This document shows positions 13,336-25,923 of a DNA stretch of 64,000 nt, in pieces; the first letter of the stretch is position 1, and each line of letters begins with the position of its first letter. Under the pieces are notes generated by a model that saw only the letters and a list, made by a program, of their open reading frames with translations, had not been told where the DNA came from and made no database searches. Source of the stretch: the human T2T-CHM13v2.0 reference genome, Homo sapiens; assembly GCF_009914755.1 (NCBI RefSeq), contig NC_060947.1. The stretch is one strand, 5' to 3'. The position numbers and the translations under genes were made by a program.

Positions 13336-14316
13336 CTAAGAAGTCCTTCTGAAAGGTCTCAGTCATTCCTCAGAGTTGGCTTCCCCCTATGTCTTAGGAT
13401 AAAAATCTAGTTTCTTAGCAGTCTCATTTTGATCAAAGAGAATTCCAGACAATAATTGTTCCTTGTTAGTTGAAATCCAGATAAACTCCAAGTGTCTTGC
13501 AATGTCTTTTTGTACACACCAACCCACATCATTCTATGAGGTTACCTCAGAGCTTTAGTTTTGGAGAAAAGCTTTTGAGATTACAGCTTCAAATGAGAGG
13601 TATGTTAGGTTGTCATCACTGGGCAACTAAACATTTGTGAGTTGTCCTTTTGTCTGAAAGATTATTGGGAGTTTCAGACAGAGAACAAGACCTTTTTCTC
13701 CTCTTTTAAAGAGCATGCCTCAGCCCTTTGTGAACTTGAAATGCAGGTCTTATTTTATTCATCTCTCATTTGCATGTTGTGCCTTTAGTTGTCAGTGATC
13801 AGTAAAATCATTTGGACTTCAGAAGCCTTTGAAAAAGTGATTAAACAGGCCAAGATTATGTTAGTCATTTAGTTTATCCTTCTTTAATCCAGAGGCATTA
13901 TTTACTGTCCACTCTCACCCTAATTTAGGATTGTGCCTTACATGAAAGAGCTAATGAAATAAATGACTATCACTGTCAAATTTTGCTGTGTCATAGGGGG
14001 ACAGTACGAGAAGCTTTGTATACCTCCTATTCCCTTGGCCTTTCTAAAATTATTTTGTAAGGCTTTTGATGCATACTTGCAAAGTTTTATTTTAGTAATT
14101 TTATTAAATGACTTATTTACCCACAACTACTTGGTAGTACCACCATTTAATGTTATTTTCCCACAGGGAAACTGAGATCCAAGAAATAAGACATTTATTC
14201 AGAGTCATCCATCAACCACAAAATGGAATTAGAACACAAAACTCCATCTTTTGAGCCTTTAAGCCAAACTGCTTTTTTCTCCTGAGATTCTTCATGAAAA
14301 TAACACAGCCTATACT

Positions 14317-14373
14317 CAACACCATCATACCATCCCCAACACCATCATACCACTGTCAATACCATCATACCAT
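14317..14373. repeat. Short minisatellite, ~3 x 20 bp (caacaccatcataccatccc)
   Basis: accatcatacca recurs three times at 20-bp spacing. Confidence 0.85.
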
Positions 14374-15914
14374 GTAAGTTGAATATAAATTACTACATTG
14401 CCTTAGACTCCCTTATTACACTGGTTAAATAGTAGTCTCTATTGATAAACACTGTGGCATACAAAAATAATTTTAAGTATTAATAATAATCTCAACTGTG
14501 GTTTAAAATTGAGGACACATATGTGACTGGCTTAGTAATCAGCATTTTCTAGGAAAGGTTCTGTTTTTAGTTTTAATTTGCTCACCACATTTTATTAATG
14601 TTTAGTGGAAGATTTACCCTGTTCTTTTATAGATATCAAAAATATGTTTGAAATAATTTAGTCAGTAACTGAATATTATAGAAACAAATACAAAAAATAA
14701 ACTAATATAAGGAAACATGAGACAGCAAAAATCCTTATTTACTAGTAAATCATTCCTTACTTTAGAAAATCTGGAAAATACACAACATAGTGGTCTGCTT
14801 CATATGGCTTTTCTGCTATATTGCTACAAAGCATAGGGCTATAAATTTCCTTTTGATCTCTCATATGGAAATAAGTTTGTCTATTGTCTGGTTGTTTGAA
14901 GTCGAAAGTCTTTTCATAACATTTTAGAAAAGCGAATTATATCATACTGTGCACTATGGGTTAGAGAAGATTCAGAGAGCCATCCTGCAGATGTTATAAC
15001 TTTGGATCCCTCTGTTCACAATCCCCCTCTTTCTCTGCATTTCTATTAGTGGTGAGATGTCATATTTCTCGAAAGATTAGAGACCATTGCCCCAAAGTCT
15101 ATTAAATGAAATAAAGAGAGACACAGGAATAACACAATGTAATCCTAGCCAGTAACTTTTTGTGTGTGTGTGGAGAATCTAAAAGAAGTAATGGTCTTTG
15201 ACACAAATATTACATTCTGCCACACCCTGAAAGAAATACCTCGAATCTACATATTTCCAAATAAAAACAAATGATAGTAGTTTTAGAGGGAATGAAAGCA
15301 AGTTCTTGATACTTATGTCTCCATTAATTCAAAAATTATGTCTTGTGAGTACCATTTAATTTGGGCAACAAATTATACTGTTCCTTTTCAGTCTTCATGC
15401 AATTCACTTTCCTTGAAATAGAAGGGGACCAATACAAAAAAATCTCCCTTCCTTATTCCATCCTGGAGCACAACTCCAAACATTAACAGTAATTGCCTCT
15501 ACTTCCATGTCATTGAAGCTTATTTAAATTGTAGCTCGATGCTGAGTAAGAGGGAGAGTCGCCCTCCCCAATCCAGAGACAAAAAATTCTAATTGGCAAT
15601 TCATATAATTTTGAATAGTTCATGACAGTAGAAAAAAAATGTGTTATGTTTTCATAGGAAATTGCTGTGCATTCTAGAAAACTGTTGACTTGCTAAAAAT
15701 CTGCACTCCTTTATTTTGTCATTTGTCTCAGAAGTTAAGAATGAAGCACGCATAACACCTTCTTTGGGATGCTTTATATTTTATTTAATACATATACTTA
15801 GTAAAGGGATTTGCTCCTTCAAACCGGTTAAAAAAAAAGGCATTTGCTCATTCAAACTGGTAATTCTGAATATTTAAGAACTCATAGCCCAAGTATACTT
15901 GGGTATATTGAAAG

Positions 15915-16180
15915 ACAGTATAGTGTGGTGGTAAAATGTGGATTCTGGGGTCAAACTGGCTAGATTCAAGGCACAGTTCTTTCTATCACTTGTTGGTCCT
16001 GTGATCTTAGGCAAGTAATGTGACTTTTTGTGTCTCAAAATCTTTTCGTGTCTCAAAATCTTTTCGTGTAAAATGGAGATAATAGTAGTACATATCTTTC
16101 AGGGTTGTTGTAACAAGTAAACACATTCAAAGTCCTTAGCATGAGTGGCACATAAGCGCTACTCAGATGTAAGCAATATA
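15915..16180 (+). mobile_element. MIR SINE with internal 18-bp tandem duplication
   Basis: acagtatagtgtggtggtaaaa...tgtgatcttaggcaagt...gtaaaatggagataatagta; gtgtctcaaaatcttttc twice at 16030-16065. Confidence 0.8.
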
Positions 16181-18228
16181 CTAGAAGTGCCCCACAGCAG
16201 AAGGCACATATCTCACAATCTTCTTTTCCTACTATCTTCATTCCCAAATGTTGTTTATGTGAAGCAACTTCTTGATTGTCCAGAAGGGAAGGACTTCCTT
16301 TAGTCCACTCTCATCTTTTAGCCCCTTTTGTTCTTTAAGGCAAGGACCAACTTGGTTAAATAATTATTTTTCTATTCTGAATTCTGTGACCATGTAGACA
16401 CTCAATAAATATTTATCTATCTGAATAAAAAGGACAAGCTCAATTTGGTTTCATGATTTTCCAGAAAGTGACCCAACTTTTGACTCAAACTTTGTGTACT
16501 TTCTAAAATCTAAATTAAAATTTTCCTTGCAAATCAAGTAGGAAGTAGTTAGCAGTATCTTTCAGAAATTTTCTAATCATGGTCTTCTATATACTGAACA
16601 CATTTTACATGTGTAATGAGATTTGTGTATTAGTGACATCTGCTACTGCTTAATCAGCTCCTAAGAATAATAACAAATAATCACACAAAATAGATTTGGG
16701 AAGTTTGTGTTTTAATTAAATCTGTTTACCTCAAGTTTTGTTACATTTTTCATTCCCTTGGCATAGATTCCACTCTATGTCTTGGTACAGTTTTAATCCC
16801 TGCCCAGAGCAGAAATTTATCTTTAATTTACATTGCCTCCTCTAAGCCTAGGGCCATTGACTCAGAAAGTCTTCTAATTTTTATTCGTAAACCAACTTAT
16901 TTTTATCATGTTACTGAGACTTTTGGGTTTCTAGAGTTCAGAAGGAAACTATTTCCCAGGATTATGGCCAGTTAATTCAGATGGTTGGAACATATTAATG
17001 AGGCCAATGCTGCAGGTGTGATTCTTTATGTTTTTCCACTAGGATAGCCACAAATGTATACTTTTGACCAAAAGGGAGATTCATTGAGAGTTTGTGGATT
17101 TTTAATCAGAAAGCCATCTCTATTGCTAAACAAACAAAAACATACAATAAAATAAACCCACTCATATACATATCTGACAAGTTCTGAATCAGGAGACTTA
17201 ACCTTTGTTATACAGTATGAATACCTCAGACTTCCTCAGGCTGTGGTTACAAATAAGGTCACATTAGCTGTAAAAATGCCAATATCACTGTCTTCTTATT
17301 TCTACTCATGTTATTTCCACTCACATATTTCAAGATCATTTTACTCTCTTCCCCCAAAGTGTCACCCAGTTATATAGGGGAATCTCTGGAGGTACCTCAC
17401 ATGTGCTCACAAACAGTATTCTTATATTCATCTACTTTGGGCCTTTGCTGATGTCAGTCCACAAGAAGACACTTGAAACTATCACTTGGCTGCTGTCACT
17501 GCTGCCATGCCATTTTGGGGGACTATAATTTCTTGCTTGGGGTAATCTTTTATTGTACTCTTCAAAGTAACATACCTTGTAAGGAGCCAAAACAACACGA
17601 TCTTTTTAGGTTTCACTGTGTCAGTGCCACTCTGGGTAAAAATGGGGAGGATGCCATTCTGCCCCCTATTTATAGCATTTTGTCACCTGGGCACTGAAGC
17701 AGCATTGCTTGTGTCATTGTCTTTCTCTATTGCTCTTGTAAAAATAGCTTCTTTGGCTTCTGCCTTCAACTTTGCTCTCCATAGGGCTTAGATCCCAATC
17801 TTTGAGACTGGGTGGAGCACCAGACACCGTCTTGACCTCTCCATCTCCCTTTATTGCCTCAGGAACCTTTGAAAAAATTAGACAAAAACCTCTCTCTTCC
17901 TTCAGCCATCATGCAAACTAACTCTACCAATGCACCATAGCCATCCCAACTTGCCTGAACTCTAGCAGTGGACATAACAAGGTGCAAGCTGAGATCTTTA
18001 CTACACCTTTAAAGAAGGTAACCTCCTCAAGGGTCTGTGTGAAGACTCTGTTGTTCTGAGCTAGGCCAACTTAGAAGCTCAAATAAGATATATTCTATGG
18101 CAAGATTTCAAGGGAACAGAGAGAATACTAATGCCTACTTGTGGGCGACATCTTGCACCCCTCTCTTTCTTTAACTGTTGGCTAGATGCCTGGACTTTAC
18201 TCCCAAAGATATCTCTTTTCATGTAGGG

Positions 18229-18539
18229 TTTTTATTTATTTATTTATTTTTGTTTAGAGGGAGTTTCACTCTTGTCACCCAGGCTGTAGTGCAGTGGCGC
18301 AATCTTGGCTCACTGGAACCTCTGCCACCCGGGTTCAAGTGATTCTCCTGACTCAGACTCCTGAGTAGCTGGGATTACAGGTGCCTGCCACCACGCCCGG
18401 CTAACTTTTTGTATTTCTAGTAGAGATGGGGTTTCGCCATGTTGGGCAGGCTGTTCCCAAACTCCTACCTCAGGTGATCCGCCCACCTCAGCCTCCTCCC
18501 AAAGTGCTGGAATTACAGGCATGAGTCCCTGTGCCTGCC
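18229..18539 (-). mobile_element. AluSq/Sp-like element
   Basis: gagtttcactcttgt and cctcaggtgatcc diagnostics; imperfect TSD tcatgtagg(g/c)tttt on both sides. Confidence 0.9.
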
Positions 18540-18549
18540 TCATGTAGGC

Positions 18550-18832
18550 TTTTATAAAATTTGTAATTGACACATAATAATTATACATATTTATGGAGTA
18601 CGGTGACATATTGTTTATCAACAAATGAATGGATAAAAACTTATATATATATAATACATATATATTTTATATGTACATTTTATGTATATTTAAAAATATG
18701 TTTATATTATATATACACTGGAATATTTTATATACATATATGTATATACTGGAATACTATTCAACCATAAAAAGAACAAATTCCTGTCGTTCACAGCAAT
18801 GTGGGTGAACATGGAGGATATTACGTTATGAA
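18550..18832. mobile_element. L1MA-type 3' fragments in opposite orientations (minus ~18550-18612, plus ~18613-18832) with AT-rich expansion
   Basis: taattgacacataataattatacatatttatggagtac is an antisense L1MA tail; ggaatactattcaaccataaaaagaacaaattcctgtc is the sense ORF2 end. Confidence 0.65.
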
Positions 18833-20074
18833 AGTTAGTGCATCATAATTTGCTTGAGACAAAGAATCCATCATTCCTAAACCAAGTCAGTTTTAGACAT
18901 TAGAAAGAGATTCTATTCTTTAGAAAAATGTCAGTAGCAGAATGTCTTACCCATAAAATGACCCACAACCTGGACTCCTAGAACAGTTTTGGGGTATTGC
19001 AGTACTCTGAGAGATGGGACACACTTATACCATAAGTTCACTGAGATGTGGATGCTAACCATTAATAAAGATGTTGCCAAAAAATTAATGCTGACAGCTC
19101 ACCTTCAGAAGCTAGTAAGTTTCCCCTTCACCTTGGGAGCTAGGTCTAAAGTAAAGAAGCACTTGAAGAAATCTTTAAAAAAAAATTATTAGCACCTGTC
19201 TGCTGTTGAACTGGCAGAAATCTTATTTGATCTATATTTTCTTTGAAAGCCCAGACCTAGACTTGGTAAGTGGGTAAGAACAGGTATTACCTAAGCAGCC
19301 ATACATGCTGAGGGCCATGTAGGCTCTAAATAAGTCACAGCTGGTAGTTATCAAATCTAAATGAACGTGAGATTCCCACCAGCACAGAGGAATCAATATT
19401 TATCAACAGAAAAAGTGATATTCATTACTGCCATTTGAAGGTCATGCATATAAAGCATATATGAGTAATGCCAAACCTCAGAGCTGTTTCCTCTCACAAT
19501 TAGGTAGATACAGTGCCTATGCTTCATTTTGCCACTGCACAATAGCCTGGCTTATTCCCTGAGCAAATGTCTAATCCCTCCTTGTCTCTTGACCTTTGCT
19601 ACAATATATTTCTTAAAAATAATATGGCTATGCAGAAAAAAAGCAGGGAAGCTTTGTGGACAGTGCAGGGTTTTGCATAGAAAAGGGAAATAGATTTCAC
19701 AAATACCAAGTGGACAATACCCAGCTAGGTACAAAGTCAACAGAGGATCTCAGGATTAGAGTAGAAAACAAGCTGACTGTGAGGAGTAGCACTTCAGTGT
19801 TCCTGTGATTTACAAGTAGATATGGGCAATGAAGATACCTGGAGGCACTTGGCTTGAACCCTTCTTGCTTCCCATTCCCATTATACATAGAATTGTTCTG
19901 ACTGTCACTGACCCGTGTTATATATGCCTTGATGTTGATTACTAAAATGGAACAGGCAAGATTTGAGAGCCAGAGTTATTGTATTAAGGTAATAAACCAC
20001 TTAACAAATATTTTATGACCTGAAAAGAAAATTTAAAGGAAGTAAAATTGTAAAAAATAAAAAATGCACAGAAA

Positions 20075-20329
20075 ATGCTGTTGCAGAGCATGGTGACTTT
20101 AGTTAATATAATACATTACAATATAATACATTGTTATGAAATACATTATTGTATTATATATTTCAAAATAGCTAAAAGAATGGACTTCAAATGTTCTCAC
20201 CACAGGGAAATGATAAGTATGTGAGGTGATAGATATATTAACTAGTCTGATTTGATCATTCCAAAATGTATACACATACCAAAACATCACATTGTACCCC
20301 ATATATACAATTATTTGTGAATTGAAAAT

Positions 20330-20332
<3 letters not shown>
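20075..20332 (+). mobile_element. L1MA-type 3' end
   Basis: ttcaaaatagctaaaaga...gtgaggtgatagatatatta...aaaacatcacattgtacccc. Confidence 0.8.
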
Positions 20333-20377
<45 letters not shown>

Positions 20378-20381
20378 ACAC
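20332..20381. repeat. (CA)n microsatellite at the L1 tail
   Basis: About 20 uninterrupted CA units. Confidence 0.97.
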
Positions 20382-20649
20382 CACATAATATGGAATGTCT
20401 TAGGGAACTTAATTACAGGTCTCATAGCCAGAATGCTAGGTAAGCAGGAGTTTAGGCACATACTTAAGAGAAGTAGTCAAGTACTGCAGTCACTCAGAGG
20501 GCTTGCCAGAAGGCTTAGCTTGGCTTTCAGAATGCTCTGCCTAGACAGAGGATCAATAGACAGTAGGGAGGCTCCCATACTCAAGTAATAACTTCCCTCA
20601 ATCTGAAAGATCTGAAGTTCTCCTCCCACTGGAATACTTTACACATAGT

Positions 20650-20940
20650 TAATTCATCCAGTCAATTAATATATATTTAGTGCCTACTTTGTTTCAGATT
20701 CTATTCTGGGTGTTGGGGATTATAGAAAATAAAAGTTCTTGCTTTCATGGAAGTACTGTTCTAGTGGTAGAGGAAGCAAGACAAAAATAACCAAGTACAG
20801 ATAAATACACATTTTGTCAGACAGTAGTAATCGTTAAGAATAAAAATGAAGCAGGGTAAGGTAAAAGACAGTAAGGGTGATGACTACTGCTTTTAAATAG
20901 GGTAGTCGTGGGAGATCTCTCTGAGAAGGTAACATTTGAT
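20650..20940 (-). mobile_element. L2 3' fragment
   Basis: attcatcc...tatttagtgcctactttg...cttgctttcatggaagtac...ctctctgagaaggtaacatttg. Confidence 0.7.
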
Positions 20941-20949
20941 TTTTAACAA

Positions 20950-21175
20950 TACACATTTATTGAGCGCCTATCATGTGCCAGCCATGTGAATTAATTCATT
21001 TTATCTTCACCAAAATCCTGTGAGGTAGGATCATTATTATGTTTGTTTTACAAATGGGGAAATTGGGCACAAGAGAAGTTAACTTGTCCAAGGAAACATA
21101 ACTAGTAAGGGAAAGAGCTAGAGTTTGAACTCAACTAGTCTAGCATCAAATCCCATCCTTGTAGTCACTATAATA
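20950..21175 (-). mobile_element. MIR SINE
   Basis: catttattgagcgcctatcatgtgccag...cctgtgaggtagg...ttttacaaatggggaaattggg. Confidence 0.8.
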
Positions 21176-21329
21176 CTTGGCATTTTTGATTCTGCTTACA
21201 GGCAGGGAGATATGCACATTTTCTCTTTAGTCCTGTGAGGCACTAACAGACCTATGCAAAAAGAAGCAATCATTGAAGCAGAGTTATGGAGGTACCTAAC
21301 AGAAAGCCCTTAGAAAGGGGGATGAAATG

Positions 21330-21560
21330 ACTAATATTCAAGTACTTTCTATATGTAGCTATGTTACACATAGAGTCTCATTTAATTCTCCCAACAAAAA
21401 TATGAGGTAGTCAGACAGATAGTTATTTTGCAGATGAGAAAACTGAGGTAACAAAGTGGTTACATGAATTGCCCAAAGTCTCATGGGAACAAAGGACCAA
21501 TATTATGAATTTGAGTTAGTCTGTCACCAAAGTTTATGCTCTTTCTAATATGCTGTGCTG
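21330..21560 (-). mobile_element. MIR SINE
   Basis: ctcatttaattctcccaac...attttgcagatgagaaaactgagg. Confidence 0.7.
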
Positions 21561-21745
21561 TCTCCAGGGAGAAGAAAAAGAAAGACAAGGAAATCCAGAG
21601 CAAAATACATGGAGAAAAAAATGAAAGGAGAGACCTCAAAGTAAAGACTTAATAGGTTCAGAGGGCCAGAGGACTGATAGTGGCTTAAATGGCATAAAGA
21701 ACTTTCAATGGCACCTTCATCCTCAATCTATTCTCTGACACTAAT

Positions 21746-22091
21746 AGTCTTAGTCGATTTGGGCTGCTATAACAGAAATAATGTAAACTGAATAGCTAAT
21801 AAACAACAGAAATTTCTTTCTTATAGTTCTAGAGGCTGGGAAGTCCAAGATCAAGGCACCAACAGATTGTTTGGGTAGGGGTTGTTCTCTGCTTCATAGA
21901 TGGTGCATTCTCACTTCATCCTCACAGGGCAGAAGAGGCAAACAAGTTCTCTCAGGCCTATTTTATAAGGACACTAATCCCATTCATAAGGGCTCCATAT
22001 CCTAAAGGCTCCTCCTCTTAATACTATTATATTGAAGATTAGGTTTCAACATGTGAATTTGAGGGGGTACATAAACATTTAGACCATAGCA
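21746..22091 (-). mobile_element. MLT1A/MLT1A0 MaLR LTR
   Basis: gtcttagtc...gggctgctataaca...ggctgggaagtccaagatcaaggcacc...acatttagaccatagca. Confidence 0.85.
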
Positions 22092-24019
22092 CCAAGTTAG
22101 GTGGATTCTTGAGAATTTCTGTGATTTTGTGATTTCAGGAATTGGCATGTGTAGTTTTTCAGTGAGACCTGGTGTTTACATGTGAATAGCCCTTGAGTAG
22201 TGCATCATCTTCTTATAACTGCTACTGTCTTTGAATCAGCTACTACAGTAAAGCAAGGAACATAAACTTCGTAAAGACATGAAAGAAAATTTATGAACCA
22301 TTTAGTATTTGAAGGCTAGCATGTAGTTGTTTGATAACAAGGATTTTTCCCCCTCAGAAGCATAGTTTAAAGCTGTCAGCCTTAATGAAATAACTTTAGA
22401 TATGCCTTGCCTGCCAATTTTTCCCTTTTTAATAGTATAGTAGTAACACTGTGGGATTGTCAAAATAATAGTCTGATGAGAAGTGTTAGCAAAGAAAGCC
22501 AAATGGCGCATTGCTTGTCTTACACTGTAGCCTCTGTGTGGTGTAGAAAAGCCAGGATGTGGTCAGATCACTGTGGGATGAGGTTGACTCACCCATTCAT
22601 TATTCTGGATGAGCAGAAAATATGCCTCTCACCCCATGCCTGCTCTGCCTTGCCTTGCCTTTCCTTTTCATTCCCTTCCTTTTTCTTCCCACACATGGTC
22701 AAAGGCTTTGATTTTTTCTGAATATTAGACAACAAAACAAACAAAGCAGCAAAGACACTTACCTGTTCTGTCTTTAACAGAGTGTTTGGTGGCTCCCTGC
22801 AAAGGGAAGCTAAGAGAGACCCAGGGTGGGAGGCTAGCCAGCTCCGTCATTTGTATTCTTCAGGTAACTCGTTTAAACCTCCATTTTTTTCAGCTTTAAA
22901 AATGCTATTACAGTGGCTATTGTTTCATTCCAACTTTCAAGAATTCAGTATACATCTTTGAGAACTAGGTGTTTGGAAATTCACTAGGTGTTGGGAAAAT
23001 TGGTGTTTTAAAAGGAAAATGTAGTCTTTTTTTTAGAATGCTCTCTAGACCATAGAAATCATTGAAATTCTCCTTTGGCTCTATAGAGCCAGGAGATAGT
23101 CTTATAACCCAATGTCTTTTGAAAACTGAATTACAACTGGAAGTTGAATAGCAACAAAATATTATAAATAAATTTGATTTTAAGGGAGGTTTTGGCAAGT
23201 ACCTAGGCTTTGATTACCTAGAAACCAATAAATTCTATTCTACCATGGATTTTCTAATTTTTCTATAAGCAACTATAAGGTAGATCACCTCTATGACATC
23301 TACCACCAGTGGCCCATTTGTAAAATATGTGTAGTGTCATTTTAACAATAAGCCTTCAGAGCCACTGTCTTCTAGGAATTCTAATTACAATTTATAACCA
23401 AAGTACAAAATAATTGAGTTAACTTTCAGTGGACTGACAGGCAATGGTCGCATAGCTGAATGCTATTTTCTCCGTATCACTTTCCCACACCGCACCTCCA
23501 TCTTTAGCCCTGTGTACCTATGTAGTCAGTATGGACAAGCCTACTCTTCCATCAAAGTCTATACTTGGCAAATAATAGTTAATTGAAGCACAGATTCTGT
23601 TGTTTTGTATTGAATTGGTGCCAGATTCTCTTTCCAAGACACCACTGACCACCTGCTGTCAGCAAAGGAAAGGAAATGGGGCAAAGAAATAAGGAGAAGA
23701 AAAGGTTGTAGGGTAGTCAGGAGAAAAATGTGATTGTGGAACATGTTCCATGAGTTAAGCAATCTATGGAGAGTAATTTGGCTGGTGAAGATCTTCAGAG
23801 TGTCATGTCAGCTTCAGAATCAGAGAGTTGCCGTCCTAACTTGGCTTATAGTGATTCACGAGGGGATGGAGGGAGGGGGAGCTAGTATGGGTGAAGGCCA
23901 GATATAAGGAAAACAAAACAAAGTGCTTTATTTACAGAAATCTCCTCAGAGAAATAAAACCATTGCTAACTCCACAACTGGAACATGTGTATTCTTTTCT
24001 TATTGGCAGCAACCCAGGA

Positions 24020-24086
24020 AAAGAGAGAGAGAGAAAAAGAGAGAGAGAAAAAAAGAAAGAGAGAGACAGTGTGTGTGAGAGAGAGT
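24020..24086. repeat. (GA)n-rich simple repeat
   Basis: Imperfect AG/GA runs. Confidence 0.85.
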
Positions 24087-24099
24087 CTTACAAGAGTTG

Positions 24100-24255
24100 G
24101 TGGAAGAGGACTGAAGGACTTGGTTTCTGAGATATTTAGGAGTGTAAATGGCAGGACTTGGTAACTGATGGCATGTGTAGCATGAAGGAGAGGAAGGAGT
24201 AGAGGCTGATATCCAGGTTTCTGATTTTGACTAATGGGCGAATGGTATTGCTGGA
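24100..24255 (-). mobile_element. L2 fragment
   Basis: gagatatttaggag...aggacttggtaactgatgg...ccaggtttctgatttt. Confidence 0.65.
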
Positions 24256-25889
24256 AATGTATACACCCTCCCAAGCCATCTGCTCTATTTCTTCACCTTC
24301 TTTTTCTTCATCATTGGCTGCCCTTCGTCTCTTACTCAAATAATTACTCGACAAGAAGTTTGCAGAGAGGTTTGTGAGATTTAGCACACAACACATTAAG
24401 GACGTCTGAAAACCCACACAGCCTGAGGAGCTGTGGCTTGGAGAGTGATCGAGTTGATGTCTTCAAGTATAAGAAAGATATTTTGTAGGAGACTTTTAAA
24501 CTTTTCATTTATATCTAGGCAGAAGAGTAAATAAGCACATGGGATAAAATTTTAATAAAGAACATTTCAGTGGGGCATAGGAAGGCAATTTTAACTGTTC
24601 TAGGGAAACAGACTAGAATGCAAAACTATACAGAAACTGAGGAAATCTTCAAGGAGAGATATGACAATCCTGAGACCTGAATAATTTAGACACCAACCAG
24701 AAGGGAGGGGCCAGGATTAGATGATACCTCTGAGCATCTGTTCTGCAAATGTCCTTTTGTTCTGCCCCAGATATCCCCAGAGGAACTATGGTCTCATTGA
24801 TCTGGCTGAGCAGATGCATTTAGGGAAACGGTACAGCAGGTCATTGAACTTATCTAACCCTGATGGCTCTAGAAATGGAGATAGAGATCAGAAGGAAAAA
24901 AATTCTTATTTTAATTTTGAATGTATTTTTTATGTCTTTAAGGCCAGTTCCTGTTAGAAAAAGAAATGCATCTAAGAGCTAGAACTTAGAACATACTTGT
25001 TTATCCATCCAAGATAAAAGAAGCTACCAAAGGGAGTGATACAGACAGATGGCAAAACAATGAATCAAACAGTTTACTAAGCATGAATCCAGAGAAGTAC
25101 ACTCCCTCAAGGCTAAGGCTGTAGATTTATGGGGAAAGTAGCTTAGATTTGAGGCCCATGGACTGTGAAAGGCATGAATGTTCTCCATACTCTGACATAC
25201 AAGCAGGGAGGTATTTATATACAAACAGTACACATATGTTAATTGCTAAACCATAGTTCTAGCAGAGAATCAGAATAATTTTAATGAATGATTAGAGATG
25301 AGCCAGACTATTAGTGGAGAATTTTGTCAGATGAGTATAAGAGGACCAGAGGACTTCCAGCTACATGAAATAGCATTTTAACAAAGGCATAGATCTGTGA
25401 TTAATGAGTCATCCATTTTCCCTTTCTTCTAAAGAGTCCATTTACATTTAAATTCTTAATTCCATTGCAATGTCATTCTGAATTATCTGGTATCTTCGAC
25501 CATACCATTATTTGTGGGTGGATCTGGAAGACTGATATATAAAATCACATTTGTCAATTTGTCTTGGATTTTCTGGCCTGGAAAATTTACGGACTTTATT
25601 AAATATAATATTATTGGTGCCTTAGAAATTTCACGTGATTTTTTGCAGGAATTTTTGCTAAATATGTCTGGCCTGTGGCATTTATCTAGGGATTTGCAGA
25701 GAGTTTTCTTCAAAGGAATATAAAGCCCTAAAAAGGAAAAAAAGCCCAGAGAGTTGCCTTCATGGAGTCACTTCTCTTTTAGTGCTTTCACTCATTTATT
25801 AGATTTTACAAAGGGTACCTTCTGCCACCAGGCCCCAGAGCATACTAATATAATTTAAATAGGAGAGATAATTGAACTGTCAAAACTCT

Positions 25890-25923
25890 ATGTGTGTGCA
25901 TGCAGGTGTGTGTGTGTGTGTGT
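25890..25923. repeat. Imperfect (TG)n microsatellite
   Basis: tgtgtgtgcatgcaggtgtgtgtgtgtgtgtgt. Confidence 0.85.

Noticed and set aside
14317-14373. Regularly spaced short repeats as a CRISPR-like array
   Set aside because: Only three 12-bp cores with 8-bp related spacers, in primate DNA with no cas genes; it is an ordinary minisatellite.
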